This document shows, in pieces, positions 36,824 through 51,300 of a stretch of 64,000 bases of DNA (position 1 is the stretch's first letter; each line of letters opens with the position of its first letter). Below the pieces are notes generated by a model that made no database searches, had not been told where the DNA came from, and saw nothing but the letters and a program-made list of their open reading frames with translations. The stretch covers positions 558,001 to 622,000 of the forward strand of contig JBPGPT010000007.1 in NCBI GenBank assembly GCA_051047955.1. The letters run 5' to 3'. The DNA is from Cystobasidiomycetes sp. EMM_F5 (Eukaryota). The translations under genes were made by a program, and so were the position numbers.

Positions 36824-38953
36824 ATGATGAAGAACCTGCTGGGCGGCTCACCCGCAGCCAAGGGTGGCCAGGACAAGCCGCCCGAAGGCGCTGGAGCGGT
36901 GTGTGGTTGTATTTCGAGGCAGGATTGACGGGGTTTCCAAGCGTCTGAGATGGTCGTGACTCTGTCTGCGTGTGGACGGTATCAGGACGAGACGGAAAAC
37001 CTCGACGAGCGCGAAGGAAACGTACTCTTGTCGATGATTAGCCAGCTGGTACGGCCAAACTGGCTCGGGAGAGATGAAAGCGGACACTCCGGCTGATCTG
37101 ACATCACTTTCAAACACCCACAAACGACAATCTACTCTGCGCCGTACGCCGATTCACCGCGTCCTGCAGCGCCCGGGATGCGATCTCTCAAGAATCACAT
37201 TCCCGACCTTTGTTCTCGAGCCGAGGAGTATGCTCGAGCGGATAACAGACTTTCTGTCACATCCAGACCTCATCTTTGGGTACGTATCTGCTGTCCTGCC
37301 GTCCATCCGGGTAATGGACGGCTCACCTCTTGATGACGACGCTAACGGCCTGGAACGTGCCGGATGGTGTATACAGAGCTGGCCAGATTGATGACCCTCA
37401 GGAGAGATACATCAAAGTGCTGCAATATTATCTTGCCGGATGGCACATTAAGCCCAAGGGAGTGTACGTCAATTAGGCAGGCTCACATGCCTCAGGCCCT
37501 GCCCTTGGCTGACTGTATTGTCTTTTGTCATGACAGAAAGAAGCCGTGGGTTTCCTCAGTGAACGGTCGACATACACCCAGCTCGTTCTGATACTTGTTG
37601 GTCGCAGGTACAACCCAATCCTTGGCGAGATCTTCCGATGTCGATACAAGTACAATGACGGAAGCGAGGGCTACTACATTGCCGAGCAAGTGTCGCACCA
37701 CCCACCGATATCAGCCTTCTACTACTGCTCACCGCAAAACAAGCTCGCCATTGTCGGTGAACTGAAGCCAAAGAGCAAGTTTTTGGGCAACAGCGTCGCA
37801 AACGAGATGGGAGGGTATAATCATATCATACTGCTCGATCGACCAGAGGATGGGGAGTATGACATTTCAATGCCGGATATGTATGCTCGCGGCATCTTGT
37901 TTGGCAAGGTGCGCTCGCCCCTGGAGCCGTTCTGAGGCGCGGCAGTGCTGAAATGGTTTCATTGTAGATGGTCCTAGAACTCGGTGGAATTGTCAAAGTG
38001 AACAATGAAGCAAATCACATTCACTGCGATGTCGAATTCAAGACGAAAGGCTTCTTCACTGGCACATACAATACGATCCAAGGCAAAGTAAAGTCGTCTA
38101 GCGGCGAGATTGGAGAAGTGTCGGGTAAATGGTCGGATCAGATTTATTTTGCGCGGGGTCGAAGTCATCATTCGAGTGACAAGGAGTTACTGTTCGATGC
38201 ACACAAAGCCGTTGCCGTCAAGCAGATTATTGCGCCCATGTCGGAGCAGCAAGATAACGAGTCGCCCAAGTTGTGGAGTAAAGTGACGGAAGCAATCAAG
38301 CACAATGATCAGGACGCTGCGACCGAACACAAGTCGGCTATCGAAGATCGACAGAGAGAATTGGCAAAAATGCGGGAGGATAGCGAGGAGCACTTTAAGC
38401 CCAAGTACTTTGCGCTCAAGAATGGAGAGTATCGCCCTATATTCACGTAAGTATGTCTTTAATGGTAGAGGAAGAGTCTGACACCAACGCGCTGTACAGG
38501 CTCCCGAAAGGATCTGTCGACGAGCAGCAAAAAGCAGTGGAAAGCTGGATCTTTGGCTCGGCTACAGCCAGCGAACAGAGCGTTCAAGCAGAAGCAAATG
38601 ATACGCCTGCGTCGCCCCCTGCTGTGCAAGAAGCCAAGGCTGCTACAACTGGGGCGCCGAGCCAGTCATCGACGGGTGCTGCAACTGCAGCAACGACCGC
38701 TCAACCAGTCACAAAGTCCATCTCGCGGACATCCGCGCCTGCTTCCAAGCCAGTAGCGATCGCCGGGACGTCTACGCCTGCATCTCAGAACTCCGGACCT
38801 GGTTCAGTACCGAGTTCGCCAGAAACTGGTGTTGCGGGGCATCTTGGTAACCTCTTTGGTCGGAAGCACCGAAAGCACGCGCAAACGACCAGTCAGGTGC
38901 CTGATGAGCAGGCGAGCAGCCGTCAGCTGAGGAGCCCGTCCGTGACGAGGTGA
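36824..38953 (+). CDS. Oxysterol-binding protein family, Osh6/Osh7-like
   Basis: SMISQLRPGCDLSRITFPTFVLEPRSMLERI, KKPYNPILGE and EQVSHHPPIS signature. Confidence 0.93.
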
Positions 38954-39171
38954 AACGGACAACAGCCAAACACAGGTCGCGAAGAGCTTACTCTAGCAGA
39001 CCTGCCGTATAAACATTGCTATGCCACTGTATCCTTTACCACATCTATGAGGCTACGTGTTGTCTTGCAATCTGTTGTACACCAGGATTGACAATATGGC
39101 ATACTTTTTACTGTTGACATCTGTCAGCTCCGCTTTGTGACGCGCAGCTTTTGCCCATCCGACTTTTGAGC

Positions 39172-40749
39172 ATGGAAGCTGCACTATGGCGACGCATATC
39201 GTCTCAACTACTGCATCATGGGAAGCTCCACAAGGCAATACGCGCAAAGTGCCATTGTCGACAATTTGCGACATGTCCGCCAACACGGCAGAGTACGTCT
39301 AATCGCAGATAGCAGCAAGCGACGCCAACCTTTAAATTGGAAAGACATCTGACATGGCCTGAAGCTACTGCAGAAGATATCGTAGCTGGCGGGCGGAGCT
39401 ATCCTCGAGACTCGCTAACTAATGTGACGCCAACCATCTTATCCAAAATCGAACGGCAATTGCACCTCCAGCCGAACCATCCGGTTGGCATACTCAGCAA
39501 ACTCATACAGTCGCATTTCAATACCTTTGAAGCTATCGATGCCCTCTCGCCCATTGTCACCGTAGCCAAGAATTTTGATGAACTCGGCTTTGCCAAAGAT
39601 CATCCTGGAAGAAGCGTGACCGACTCGTACTACCTCAATGAGACGCATATGCTACGCACCCACACATCTGCTCACGAAGTCGAAACATTTCGTCGTGGCG
39701 CTGAGAGATGGCTTCTGACAGCCGATGTGTACAGACGAGACGAGATCGATGCAAGTCATTACCCCGTCTTCCATCAGATGGAAGGCGCACACGTCGTGCC
39801 GCGCAGCCGCGTATATGACGTATTCGAAAAGTCCAACATTGAGCTTGAGAAGAAGCTGTCGAGGGCAGACATTGAAATTGTCGATGATACGCGGATTGGC
39901 GAGTCCAATCCATATCAATCTGCGCATGACCCCTTACATGCAGAGATTGTAACGCGTAACCTCAAGAATAGTCTAAACAGTTTGGTTCTTGATCTCTTCA
40001 GCACCATACCTGCCGAGCGGAGAAGCGGAGGGCCTCTTCAAGTACGATGGATCGAAGCGTTCTTTCCGTGGACAAGTCCGAGCTTTGAGGTGGAAGTCAT
40101 GTTTGACGGTAAATGGCTTGAACTACTAGGCTGCGGGGTTGTCAGACAGCAAACTCTCGATACTTCGGGTATGTCTGCCAAATTATGTTGCGCTCAACGA
40201 CGAAGACGGCTGAACACAGCTCATATTGGCTGCAGGTGTGTCTGAAAAGATGGGATGGGCCTTCGGTCTCGGTCTCGAGCGAATAGCAATGGTCCTCTTC
40301 GGCATCCCAGACATCCGTCTGTTTTGGTCGACCGATAATCGTTTTGTATCACAATTCAAGGCGGGCAGTATAAGTGAATTCAAACCTTACAGCAAACAAC
40401 CACCATGCTACCAGGACTTTAGCTTTTGGCTGCCGGATGCCAATACGTCTACTGTTTCCAAATTCCACGAAAACGACTTTTGCGAAATTGTTCGCGACGT
40501 AGCGGGCGATCTAGCAGAAGAAACAAAGTTGGTGAGTCTAGCCTAGATAGTTATAATGCGTCGTTCTTCAACTGACCTCATCCATCTCAGATTGATGATT
40601 TCGTTCACCCAACGACTGGACGGAGGAGCTTGTGTTACCGCATCAATTATCGGTCAATGGACAAGAATATCACCAACAAGGAAGCAGAAGTGATGACTGC
40701 AAGCATACGCGAGCTGGCGACGCAAAAGCTTGGCGTCGAAAGACGCTGA
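39172..40749 (+). CDS. MSF1: Mitochondrial phenylalanyl-tRNA synthetase
   Basis: [54 protein letters not shown] and a C-terminal anticodon-binding domain. Confidence 0.95.
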
Positions 40750-40927
40750 ACTATTGAATGAGGGAGGAGCGGGTGATTTGTACACGACTACACGACAACA
40801 CATGCGAGAATACTGCTGCTGTACAAAACGAGGCGATTCGCTACTCTTGAGTGCATTATGCCAATAGGCTGGGTATGCGAGTGACTCTACCTCACTATCG
40901 CACAGGCGCCAAGTGGACTTTCGACGT

Positions 40928-41754
40928 TTAGCTGCTGTCGGAAACGACGCCAACTTGAGCAGCTCTCAAGACTCGATCCTTCAACATCCATCCTTTCTTT
41001 TGGCATTCCAGCACACTGCCGGGCTCCTTGCCTGGTACCGGAGCCATGTACATGGCTTCATGCAGATTGGGATTGAACTTCTCGCCTGTCGGGTCAAAGG
41101 GCTTGACGTCGAAGCGAAGAAGTGTCTTCTCGATACCGTTCGACGTCATGTTGACGCCAGTGTATAGATCCGCCAGATGGTCTGGTACATCGGCTGGAGC
41201 ATCTGCCGCCTTTTTTTGTCTATCGGCTGGAACACTCCGCAGAGCCAGATGTAAGATATCCATATGTCCGATAAGCTCTCTCGCCAAAGACTCTACGGCA
41301 TAATCCTTTGCCTGCTTCTTCTCGCGCTGCGTGATCTTTTGAAGATTCTCATAGTCTGCGCGACTGCGCATATAACTGTCCTGAGTTGCCGGAAGGACGA
41401 AGCACATCAGCAACGACCATTGGGCGGATAGAGAAGTCATAGACGTACTGTCAATTGTGCAATCTTTTCGTCCTTCTTCTGACCGGCAGCCTGAGCCGCT
41501 TCAAATTGCTTTTGTAAATCCGACTCGCTGGCACTGGTCTCTGGCGCTTTGCCCTTGCCTGACGCATCTTGGGCAGTCTGCGTGGCCTGCTCTGGCTGAG
41601 CGCTGCTGGCTGCCTGTGCGCTCGTCGATTCGCTGTAATGACGACGAACGGCTGGCGCTATCCGACGAATGGCTTTGGAAGCTGACGGTGTAGCTGGCGC
41701 GGCAGATGTTCTGGCTGCAGCCTTAACGAGCATCCCAAAAGATTGTCGGAGCAT
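40928..41754 (-). CDS. MGE1: Mitochondrial GrpE nucleotide exchange factor
   Basis: Presequence-like N-terminus; RSRADYENLQK, GEKFNPNLHEA and KGWMLKDRVLRAAQVGV. Confidence 0.95.
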
Positions 41755-42184
41755 TGTAAATACCAAGCAGAATAATGTGCAGATGGTTTGTCGCAAGGAT
41801 AGACCTTACTGAAACTTGGAAATTTCCAGTTGATTGCTTCAGATCCGCCACTCGAAGGCCGCGATGATGCGCAATCTGTCCAAGATGAATTGCAAAGCTT
41901 TGGAAGCACATTGATACATTTGAGGGGGATACAAGATTTGACTGAGGTATATCTACGATACTGCAGCGCACAGGACAAGGCGCGGTAACTGATCGTACGA
42001 AACAGGTGCTGAAGACTTGGAACAAACAACAACAGCGCCAGGAGCCGTGACGTTCAGCGTAGAAAGCAGAGGAAGGAGAAAGAGGCGGGAGAGGCAGAGG
42101 TGCCGAGTGGCAGATCATAATTCGACCCCTTTATTTTGCAGCATAGTTTCGATTTGCGCTACGCAAGCAGCGCCGTTCTGTATT

Positions 42185-45100
42185 TCATGCCGTCAGCCCT
42201 TGAACTGTGCAAGCATCCTTCTGACCGACCTCGGACTTGTGGTGCCGCTGTAACGCATCGAGGCGGACAAACATTTGCCCACACGCTTCGCATTGATACT
42301 TCTTGACGCCAGTATGAAGCAGTTCATGGCGTTTGAGATCATGGCGACGCGCGAAGCCTGACATAGACATCAGTACGATGTTCAAGGCGTTTTACGCAAT
42401 TGACTGGGCATCTCACCCTTGTTGCAAACCTCGCACACGAAAGGTTTCGAACCTTCGTGCGATCGTATATGGCCCTTGAGGTTGTATGCGCGAGTAAAGG
42501 TTTCGCCGCAATACTCGCATGCGAATTTTGCGCTGTTTGGGTCTTTGCGCCGGCGACGGGCAGCTTGCTTGGTAGCCTCTGTGGTTTTGCTCTCGAGGGA
42601 TACTTCCCCTTGGTGGGATAGGCCACTATAACCGGATACGTCTGAAACAGCCGATGATCTGCGACGACGAGCATGTACGGGCATGCCCAGTTGTCCGTCC
42701 GGCCAGCCAGCCATATCCTCTTCAAGTGATGCGTAACGGGGCATGCCATCCGGCCCAAACTGATGTTGCATCATCAGAGGATTGAGACCGGTTGGATCGA
42801 ACGCATTGAACTGTCCGGTGGGCATAGGTCCGCCGTATCCTGAATACCCAGGCATAATTTCCGCTGTCTGAGGCATAGAGTACATATTTGAACCATGCAC
42901 CGTTTGGGGGTATCCAAAGTTGAGCTGTGACGGATACTGCGATGTAGGTAATCCGGGCATGGATGAGAAGAGGTTGCCGTCCATACCTAGGAGTGAACTA
43001 GACGAATTTGACAGGTCGAATTGATTGGCATCGGGTTGAGCAAATTCAGACATGGGAGGTGGCATCATTGGTATGTTGGCAAAAGCCGCATTGTTAAAAT
43101 CGTTATATTGCTGGTCGCGGGGACCGTCAATCGACAGGTCGAATTCTGGATTTCGAGGCGAAAAGGTGCTCGAAGTGAAGTCCTCACTGACAGCTCCGCG
43201 ACGGTGCGATCGACCTTCGGCAGCAGACTGAGACCGTCGCATGTCTGCAGGCGTTGGAGGTATCAAAAAGCTTGTCTGACCAGCATTTGGCGACGGTGTG
43301 ACGCTAATATTGCCAGACCGCATATTGGCAGTAGGCATATCGTATGGCGTTCCTCCTGCCGCGGAACGTCGACGGTCTGTGCCCGCTGGACCAACAAGAG
43401 ACTGTCGTTGTTCCTCACCGAGCTGATAATCACTCAAGCCAGTCGGAAGTCCGTTGTCCTGCGGGGCTAAAGATAGCGTAAGACGAGAGAGGAACATTTC
43501 GTCACTGTTACTCGTTGAGCCATCCAGAGCTCGTGGATCAATGGCGGGCAGGGAGTCAATGGTATCTGTGCGTGGTCTTGCGTCGCGATTTCTCGACGAT
43601 GGCCGCTGCCCTTCCGCCTGCTGGCCGGTAGGTAGCCCTGCACTGCTCAACGGAAAGTCATAGGGCTCCTGATTGGTTAGCTGACCAGCTTCAAGAACAA
43701 TTGGTGAAGTCATATAGGTATCTGACTTGCTCCTTTGTCGTCGTCGATACGGACTTGGCCCCTGAAGATCAAGCGTGAGATCCCCTAGCGGCAAGCCTTG
43801 GTTCGGCCGCCGGGCGATGGGTGTGACAATGTCCAGATCCAAGTCGGGAAGACGCGATGCCGGCAGATCCGTCGAATCCTTCCTCTCTTCGGAAGTCTGT
43901 GGTTTGTTAAAAAAGGTAAAGACAGAGTCTAACGCTGCCATTGTCGAGTCTTGCCGTCCCGTAGCAGTACGAGGTACCGCAGTCGGTGTGGCAGTCGTCA
44001 GCATCAGATCTGGGGCCGATGGTATGGCTAATTGAGCCAGAGAATTTGTACGTGCTTCTTTCTGATTGATTCCATGTGGCAGTGGCGGAGACTTGAGTGT
44101 CGGATGACGACTTGGCGAGTCAAGGGCTGTCTCTACGCGGAATGCCGGAGCTCGAGGTGACGGTGAAGGCGATGAGCGCGCAAGTTGCGGAATAGATCCC
44201 AATTCTGGCTCGGAGATGCCTGGCGTCCGCCCATCTGCATGAAGTCTCGGTGATGCGTGCGGAGAAGCTGTAAATGCCATTTGTCGAGCAGCATTCCCAA
44301 GAGAGCGATGCTGATTTTCAGCAAGGGGTGGAGATGCCGAGGATGTGCGTATCGTCTGTTCCCTCGACACAGGAATCGGCATAGGGCTCGGTATAGGCGC
44401 AAACATCATTTCGACTGCCATCTCTAGGCCGTTGCCGGATTCTAACGGAGCCTCACCTCCTCGCAGTTCTGGCGAGCTGTTAAGCGCGCCCCCTGCTCCT
44501 TGACCACTGGGCGCTCCGGAGACGTGCGAGTGCGCGTATCCCGACGCTGAAGACACATCATCCCATTCTCGTTGCTGCTTGACGCTCTCCCTAAACGCCA
44601 GCAAATCTGCACCAGCAAAAGCAGATTGAGGATTTAGTGAAGATGATGCATCTTTATCTGCACCGACTAGTACATCATTCCGAGACTCGGGCGTAGTTGC
44701 TTTCGAGTAGCCTTGTTGTGAATGCGCGCCGTCGGTGTTGTAATTGTTCAGGTTGTTGTAGACGGAAGCAAAGTCATTCTCGCGGTCATCAAAGGAAGAG
44801 TCGTCGGCAAAGGAGCCGGCATACGATGGAGTAGCGTATCCGCGAGAATTTTCATCGTAAACCACGCTCGTTGGATCGAGACCTACGCCCAAGCCCAAGG
44901 CAAATGTACTTGACGAATTGCTTAACCCTGCTCCAGATCCCGCAGCAAAGTTGAACATGCTCTCGAGCGTAGACGACTCTGAAGTGAGGTATGCAAGGGA
45001 TCCAGGCTCTGCAGAACTGCCCATAGCATTCTGATTGTACAAAGACTGGTCGTAAGAACTGCTTCCCGACGGCGGCGAAGCGGCGGTAAGCACGCTGATG

Positions 45101-46044
45101 GGCGGACGTGTAGGTGATGCAAAAGCATTCTGATACCTCTGCGCTTGCACCGGAGGCGAACCGGAATGACTACGCAGGCCTGCCGATCCTGGCGGCGCAG
45201 GTCCGTATCCAGAGAAAGGCGAACTTATACGCTGTTGTTGTTGCTGTTGCATGGCGTTGAGAGATGCTCCTGTCAGCGGAGCAGAGTTTGGTACGTTTTG
45301 CTGGTACTGCATGCCAGAAGGCATTTGCTGCTGCTGTTGCGAAAGATAGTCCATTGACCCAGCGGCTGAGACTGGACGAGACATCGATTGCGGGTCGTGT
45401 GAGCCAGCGCGGTATGGACTGTAGGCATGCTGCTGTTGCTGTTGAGACAGTGGATCTGGCGAAGCCGTATATCCAGCGTAAGACGAAGAGCTGCTTGGTC
45501 GATGATCCTGCGCCATGTAGGGCGATTGTTGCGGCATTTGCTGCTGCATCTGCAGATACGACGACCCTTGCATTCCGCTCGACGTGCGTGGGGCCGGCGA
45601 TAGGTTTGCAATGTCGAAAGTGCTGGCTGTACCCGTGTTTGGGTGCGACATGGAACCACCGGAGTAGTAGGACGGACCTGCTGCGGCCGAGGACGACGAC
45701 GCAGCTATGTAAGCTGGAGAAGCTGATCCTGTGCGGGTGTAGCCCATGAAGCCTGCGGAAGACGGGGGAATGTATGCAGCCGACGTGTGCGACGAGTCGG
45801 AGTTTGTCGACGACTGGCGAGCTGGATGGGAGGTTGCTGCACTTCCGGATGCAGGAGCGTGCATCGGCGACCACGAGCGGGGCATTGGGGGTGTATTGAC
45901 TGTATTGCTCGTCGTCGTTTCAGCGTAGTTTGACTGTGGATTGCCCGTCATCAACGGGGGCGATTCGAGCCGGGATGACTGGGGGAGGCGACTAGGGTCG
46001 TAGTGGGAGTACTGTGAGGCGTATGGCTGGTTGTGGTGCTGCAT
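42185..46044 (-). CDS. C2H2 zinc-finger transcription factor, Crz1-like
   Basis: Long S/Q/P-rich region, then [42 protein letters not shown] and [17 protein letters not shown]; one intron near the 3' end. Confidence 0.85.
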
Positions 46045-46365
46045 GGCTGTTTGTTACCATTAATCTTGATTAATTGCCCTGAAATGGCCGCATTAGTATC
46101 ACCTCTGCCTCACCTCAACGCGACTCCTGCACCCACCCTCAGCCTGCCGTCGTCGTCTTTATCCAGTGCAAGTGTGTGGTCGTCCAGAGGCAGTGAATCG
46201 AGGGAAACAAACAATTGGACGTCGGACGGACGGCCTCAAAGGGAAACATGCGCATGGCAGCCGGGCAATGCAAACATCAACGGGACAGTCTGGCGACCGA
46301 GAAACATTTACTCGCATTCACTTTTGCATCTCATTCTTTCAACGCTCTTTGACTGCCCATCTCCT

Positions 46366-48218
46366 CTACTCGGTGTCCTCGCTCTCAGCAACTGACCTCG
46401 CATGAAGTCGCATCTTGAGAATAACTGCACACGCCAGCACGGCCCCTAACGACACCAGGAAGATGTTGAGGGGACTGCGTGTATGACTCTCATCAGACTG
46501 TGAACGATCGCCGAGCAAGATACAGACACTTACGTATAGTTGCCGTGGAGCTTGCGCTTGACGGCATAGTCAAACCCATACTGAACCAGGGTGAATGCTC
46601 CAGAAGTCGCATTCGCTAGCCCATACACTGTCCCAAACGTTTCGATGCCAATGACTTTGGTAAAGTAGTCAGAGATGGCAGTATACATCAACGGCCTCAT
46701 GATGGTGAAGGCTGTGATGCCGACGAGCTGCAAAGCCACGCTCGCCGTCATTGTCCCGATACCAAAGACCAGTCCGAGGACCAACAGCGCCCCGAAAGCC
46801 GCTGCCGATGAACGACTGTCGAGGAGAAAGCCAATGAACGGTATGCTCGCCACCCCACCGAGGGGAAGTAGCAGTACAAACGCATCGGTGAGCTTGCTTG
46901 CCAGTTGTGCATCCGCAGTGTAAAAGTAGACCTGGTCTGCCACTGTCGCAATGTAGAAATTGATGCGCAGCATGTAGCATACCAGGAACGCTTGCGCAAG
47001 CCAGAACCACGATGTCTTGATCTGTTCGAGCGCAGCTCTGCCCCAAAGAACACCGGTGATTGGGTCTGAATGCGCACTACCTCCGTCCTTTGAGATGTTC
47101 GCATCCGCCACCGGTTTCGCAGCCCATCCATCTTCTGCATCGAGCATTCGCGAGAACTGCGAGTCGTAGACAGACGGTTTGCGATGGATTCCGCCATTCG
47201 GTCGTCTGTATGCTGAGCCGACGCGCAGCATCGAATTGTTTGCGCTCGGAAGAGCGGATCCGTATGTCATGGACCTATTGGCATCTGCTTCTGCTACAAG
47301 AGGCGTCCTCTCGTCCGAAACAGCATCTTCAACATTGTCTTCTGGACCAGCAGCACTTTCTCGAGTATAAGGCTCCGGACACCCAAAGAAGATTTGCCAA
47401 ACAAATATTCTAGAAAGAATGCCTCTTAGCAGTAATCTCCCGCATCGTCGGTCGTAGTGTAGCCTACAGAGCTGGAATGATGGTGTAAAGCCAAAACCAT
47501 TCCCGCAAATGTACGCTGTGTCCGCTCGTTTTATAGATGGCTGCGTAGATGACAAAGGGCAAACTTGAGGCATCGAACGCACCAATGATGGCCGAAAGGA
47601 TGAGGCCGGAACGCTGGATGAGCACGTAAAGTTAGCTTAATTGTCTATATGATTGATGATTTCGGCCTGCCTTGGGGAAGGCGTTGCACAAGTGAAAACT
47701 GGACAGAAAAAGCATTGGTCCACCGATAGCGAGCATGACGTAAGCTGTTAGGAAGGGATCCAGTATCCGTCCGAGACCTCCAGATCTGTCGAGTCCCATT
47801 ACGAAATTGCCAAGCGCAAAGATGATGGCTCCAAGGAGAGAAGTCTTCTGAGGCCCAATGTTGTCCAGAATCATACCTATTGGTAAGGCAGCTAGGTTCG
47901 TTACGACCACAGATACGGTAAATGACAGGTTCAGCTGCAGATCCTGGCTGAGACACGGTCTTCCAGTCTCCCTCGCTGCCTGCCTTGCGGCTTCATCTTC
48001 GCAGTAGTCTTCGTAGACTCCTTCATGGATGAGTACTGGCTTCAGCGCCGCAAAGCCTGGATTGCCAATAAAATCAATTGATCAGTTTGGTCGAGAGAGC
48101 AACAAGATAAGGCCTATCATGCCGCACCAAAGATTACTCCGGCACAGCAAAGCGAGGCTGCCACGGCGACTGTGACCTGTGCAAGGCGCTTCGTGGAAGA
48201 TATTGAAGCTTGCTGCAT
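46366..48218 (-). CDS. MFS transporter, Fmp42/LAT3-like
   Basis: AGVIFGFAALKPVL, ALPIGMILDNIGPQ, MLRINFYIATV and GIETFGTVYG; many TM helices. Confidence 0.85.
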
Positions 48219-48372
48219 GCTTCAGCGCGTCGGCGAGGAAGAACTTGAAGCTGTCGGGCGAGCCGCCACAGCGATAGCGACAAAAATGGGCAGGATCCGA
48301 TCAATCATATAGCGGAGACGGAGAGCAAGCTACAGAACAGACACCACAACGATACGCGCAAAAGGCAAATAA

Positions 48373-51300
48373 TCACTGCGGCTGGAGGCCCAAGGAATCC
48401 ATCAGCATGCTCCACTCGTCCCCGCCCAGAAAAGACGTGACCAAAGGATTGCCAGGCTGACCGATGCCCGTCAACATCTCCGAAAAGCTCGAGGATGGCT
48501 GGTCCTGTAATTGCGGCATACCGTTGGGCGGCATCTGCAAATGCTGTGGTAAGACAAGATGCTGTGATTGCACCTGAGATTGTGGGACAGAGGTGGTCGC
48601 CATCCCCGGTTGCAGGGTCGGGTGTACGTAATTCATGCTAGCAAGCGGAGAGTCGGCAGAGTGGTTCAAGGTTGCATGACCCATAAGAGAATGAGAGAAG
48701 CGAGGCATAGAGCCCACTGGCGGAAAAGGCGGCAAGGATTGATTAGATTGAACAGCTTGGCTCGACGTTGGGTAGACCGCCTGATTCCTGCCATTCGGAG
48801 ACTGGTTCAAGGCACGATCAAGCTCTGGCTGACGCTGCTGCACCTTGACGGTGGCTGTAGCTAGCATTTGGCCAGTCGCTGTTGCCAAAAGCTGTCGCAA
48901 GACCCGGCTGTGGGTCAAGCAGGGATGTCCAGCATTTGGGGCGGCCATCTCGAGAAAGTCGGAGGCTAGTTCAATGACACGAAAAAATTTGCTGTAGAGC
49001 ATAATTTGTCTACCGGACGGCCCATATCTTTCCTGGGGTTTTACCGGAGTCTGAGGTGACACGACGATGAGATTGCATCGCATCAGATCAGCAGCCCGCA
49101 GCTTGGCGAGAAACATTGCCGAGAAACACAGTATGACGCATATGGCCGTATCCACGGCAGTACGGATGTGCCTGGCGTGGTCGACGTCGGGCTCGAATGG
49201 CTTGTACACAGGGAGCCCGTCCTTCCAGTACTCCGGCTGTTCGAATTTAGGCACGCGACGCCCATTGTCTGTTCTCGCTGCCGTAGTGAGGTACATAATC
49301 ATCGTCACTGCTGACTCTACAGCAATCTCCAAAAAGTGTCCTTCTTCCGTGTTGAGGGTCAAAGCCGCCGTTGCTCCAGCTTCCTGGGCAGCTTTGTTGC
49401 GTACAGACCATGTTCGATAGACGTCAGCATTGATGACAAGGCGGTGAAAGGGTGCGATAAATTGCGTGACGAAAGCGCCTTCGACCGCCAGGCGCGGATA
49501 CTGCTGATACCAATACTTTGTAATCGAATCTAGATCACCGTTTGCCCTCGCTAGTGCCGGTATATCTGTCTTGTCATCTTCCGAAGCACCATGAAATGTA
49601 CCGTAGACAGCCGAGACTTCCAACAGCGCAGAGAGCTCGACATCTGTCGCAGCATCACCAATTGCGGCAAATGATCGAGTCACCTGCAGCGTTTCGGCAA
49701 TGTCGAAGCTTGCACCTCGTCCATTTTGCATGCAGCCATGACAATCGACAAAACACATCCATAGCCATAGACGCAGCCTTCGCAAAGTAGCCGGAGATCG
49801 GTCTCCACCTAGAAACAGCCTTGGCGTTGCATATAGCTGATTGACGCGAGCTGCCCGACCGACGATGCCGGCTAAAAAGTATGTCGTCGAATTGTTTAGC
49901 TTCGCCTGGTTTTGCATGTGAGCAAAGTCGGTAAAGACCATTCCTTTAGGCCGTATCCGTGGCATCTTCCATATGATGCAAATGGCTAATCCGAGCACAA
50001 ACTCGTCGTCCAACTCACTCGGCTGTGGGGACATGATGATTGCTACCGGTCAAATTGACACGTTAGCTGAGAAATGCGCCACACAGAGCTTTCACTCACG
50101 CGCAAGCGTCTCATTGACGAGGGATACTAAATTCAAATAAAGTTGTAATCCAGCCTCATCGTTGGGTGCTTCGAGATAGTATGTAGATACGCAGAGGATG
50201 GCTCCGAAAAGGAGAGGGCACGAGACGCGTATCCTGTCGGGATCATCCAAATGACTAGGCACAATACCATGCACCCAGAATCGACAGTGGTCTACGAAGC
50301 TATTTTTGCACATCAGCTTATGTCCGTCGCAATTTGATTGTTTTGCTGACAATGCAAAGTATCGCCTGGCTTGTTCCATAGTCATCAAACCTCTCGATAT
50401 AGCATCAGGACTGAGTGAATTCGGCTGTTGCAGGTTTTGCAGCCCAGCAGAGCCTGGAGCACCAGGTATGGATGGACCTTCCTCTAGCCCTTGGAAGCTT
50501 TCCACTATAGTGCTCATGGGGTTACCCATTCTGCGATGGCTCGCCGCAGCTGTAGCGTCTGGCAATCCAAGATCCAGCTCATCGAGACTCGGCAGGGCAC
50601 GACCCCGCTTTGCAGATCCACTGGAACGATGTGCATAATCTGAGTAGCGGAGGTAATCTTCAATGTGGGCTGTTTGTGATGTTAGCTGCTCAAGCCTAGT
50701 CCGATTGAGGCGGGTCAGCTCTGCGTATTTGCGAATTACAAGCGAGCGTCTCACTTGTTCAGTATAGTCTGGACAGTATCTGGACCGAGAGGAGCGGCGG
50801 AGTAGCTGGTAGGCACTGAGTACTGCGACGAGCCATCATCCGGCGCTTTCCGCTTTACAGCCGTTCGCTGCGGAGCATCTGTGAATATGCATTCTAAGTT
50901 GTATCTGCACCACATATGGTCAGTGGAGAGTTCATATCAGCCCGAACGTGCTCGTACAATTCGCATCTACGACAGGGTATCCTCGATGGGCCTGTGATCG
51001 CCAGAGATGCATTCAGAAAGCCTCTTCAGACATACAGGCCGGTGGAAGACGACCCACCATCGCATCGTTGTTTCGTAGATCTGCCTATGACGATGTAACA
51101 TGGCCGCAACAGTCGCGAGTAGTAGAAACACAGTATCAGTTCCGAACCCGCATTTCATTGTCAATATGTCGATGAAGGAGAACGGATTACGAAGCGTGGG
51201 GATATTACAGGCTCAGCGTGAATCTTCGCAAACGACGTAGGCATGTCTAGCCGTATGCCGATATAGAGCTTGACGCTTGACGCACGTCCGAGCCCCGGGA

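Noticed and set aside
45230..45550. CAG/CAA-type runs in the Crz1-like gene
   Set aside because: Ordinary short polyQ tracts in a transcription factor activation region.
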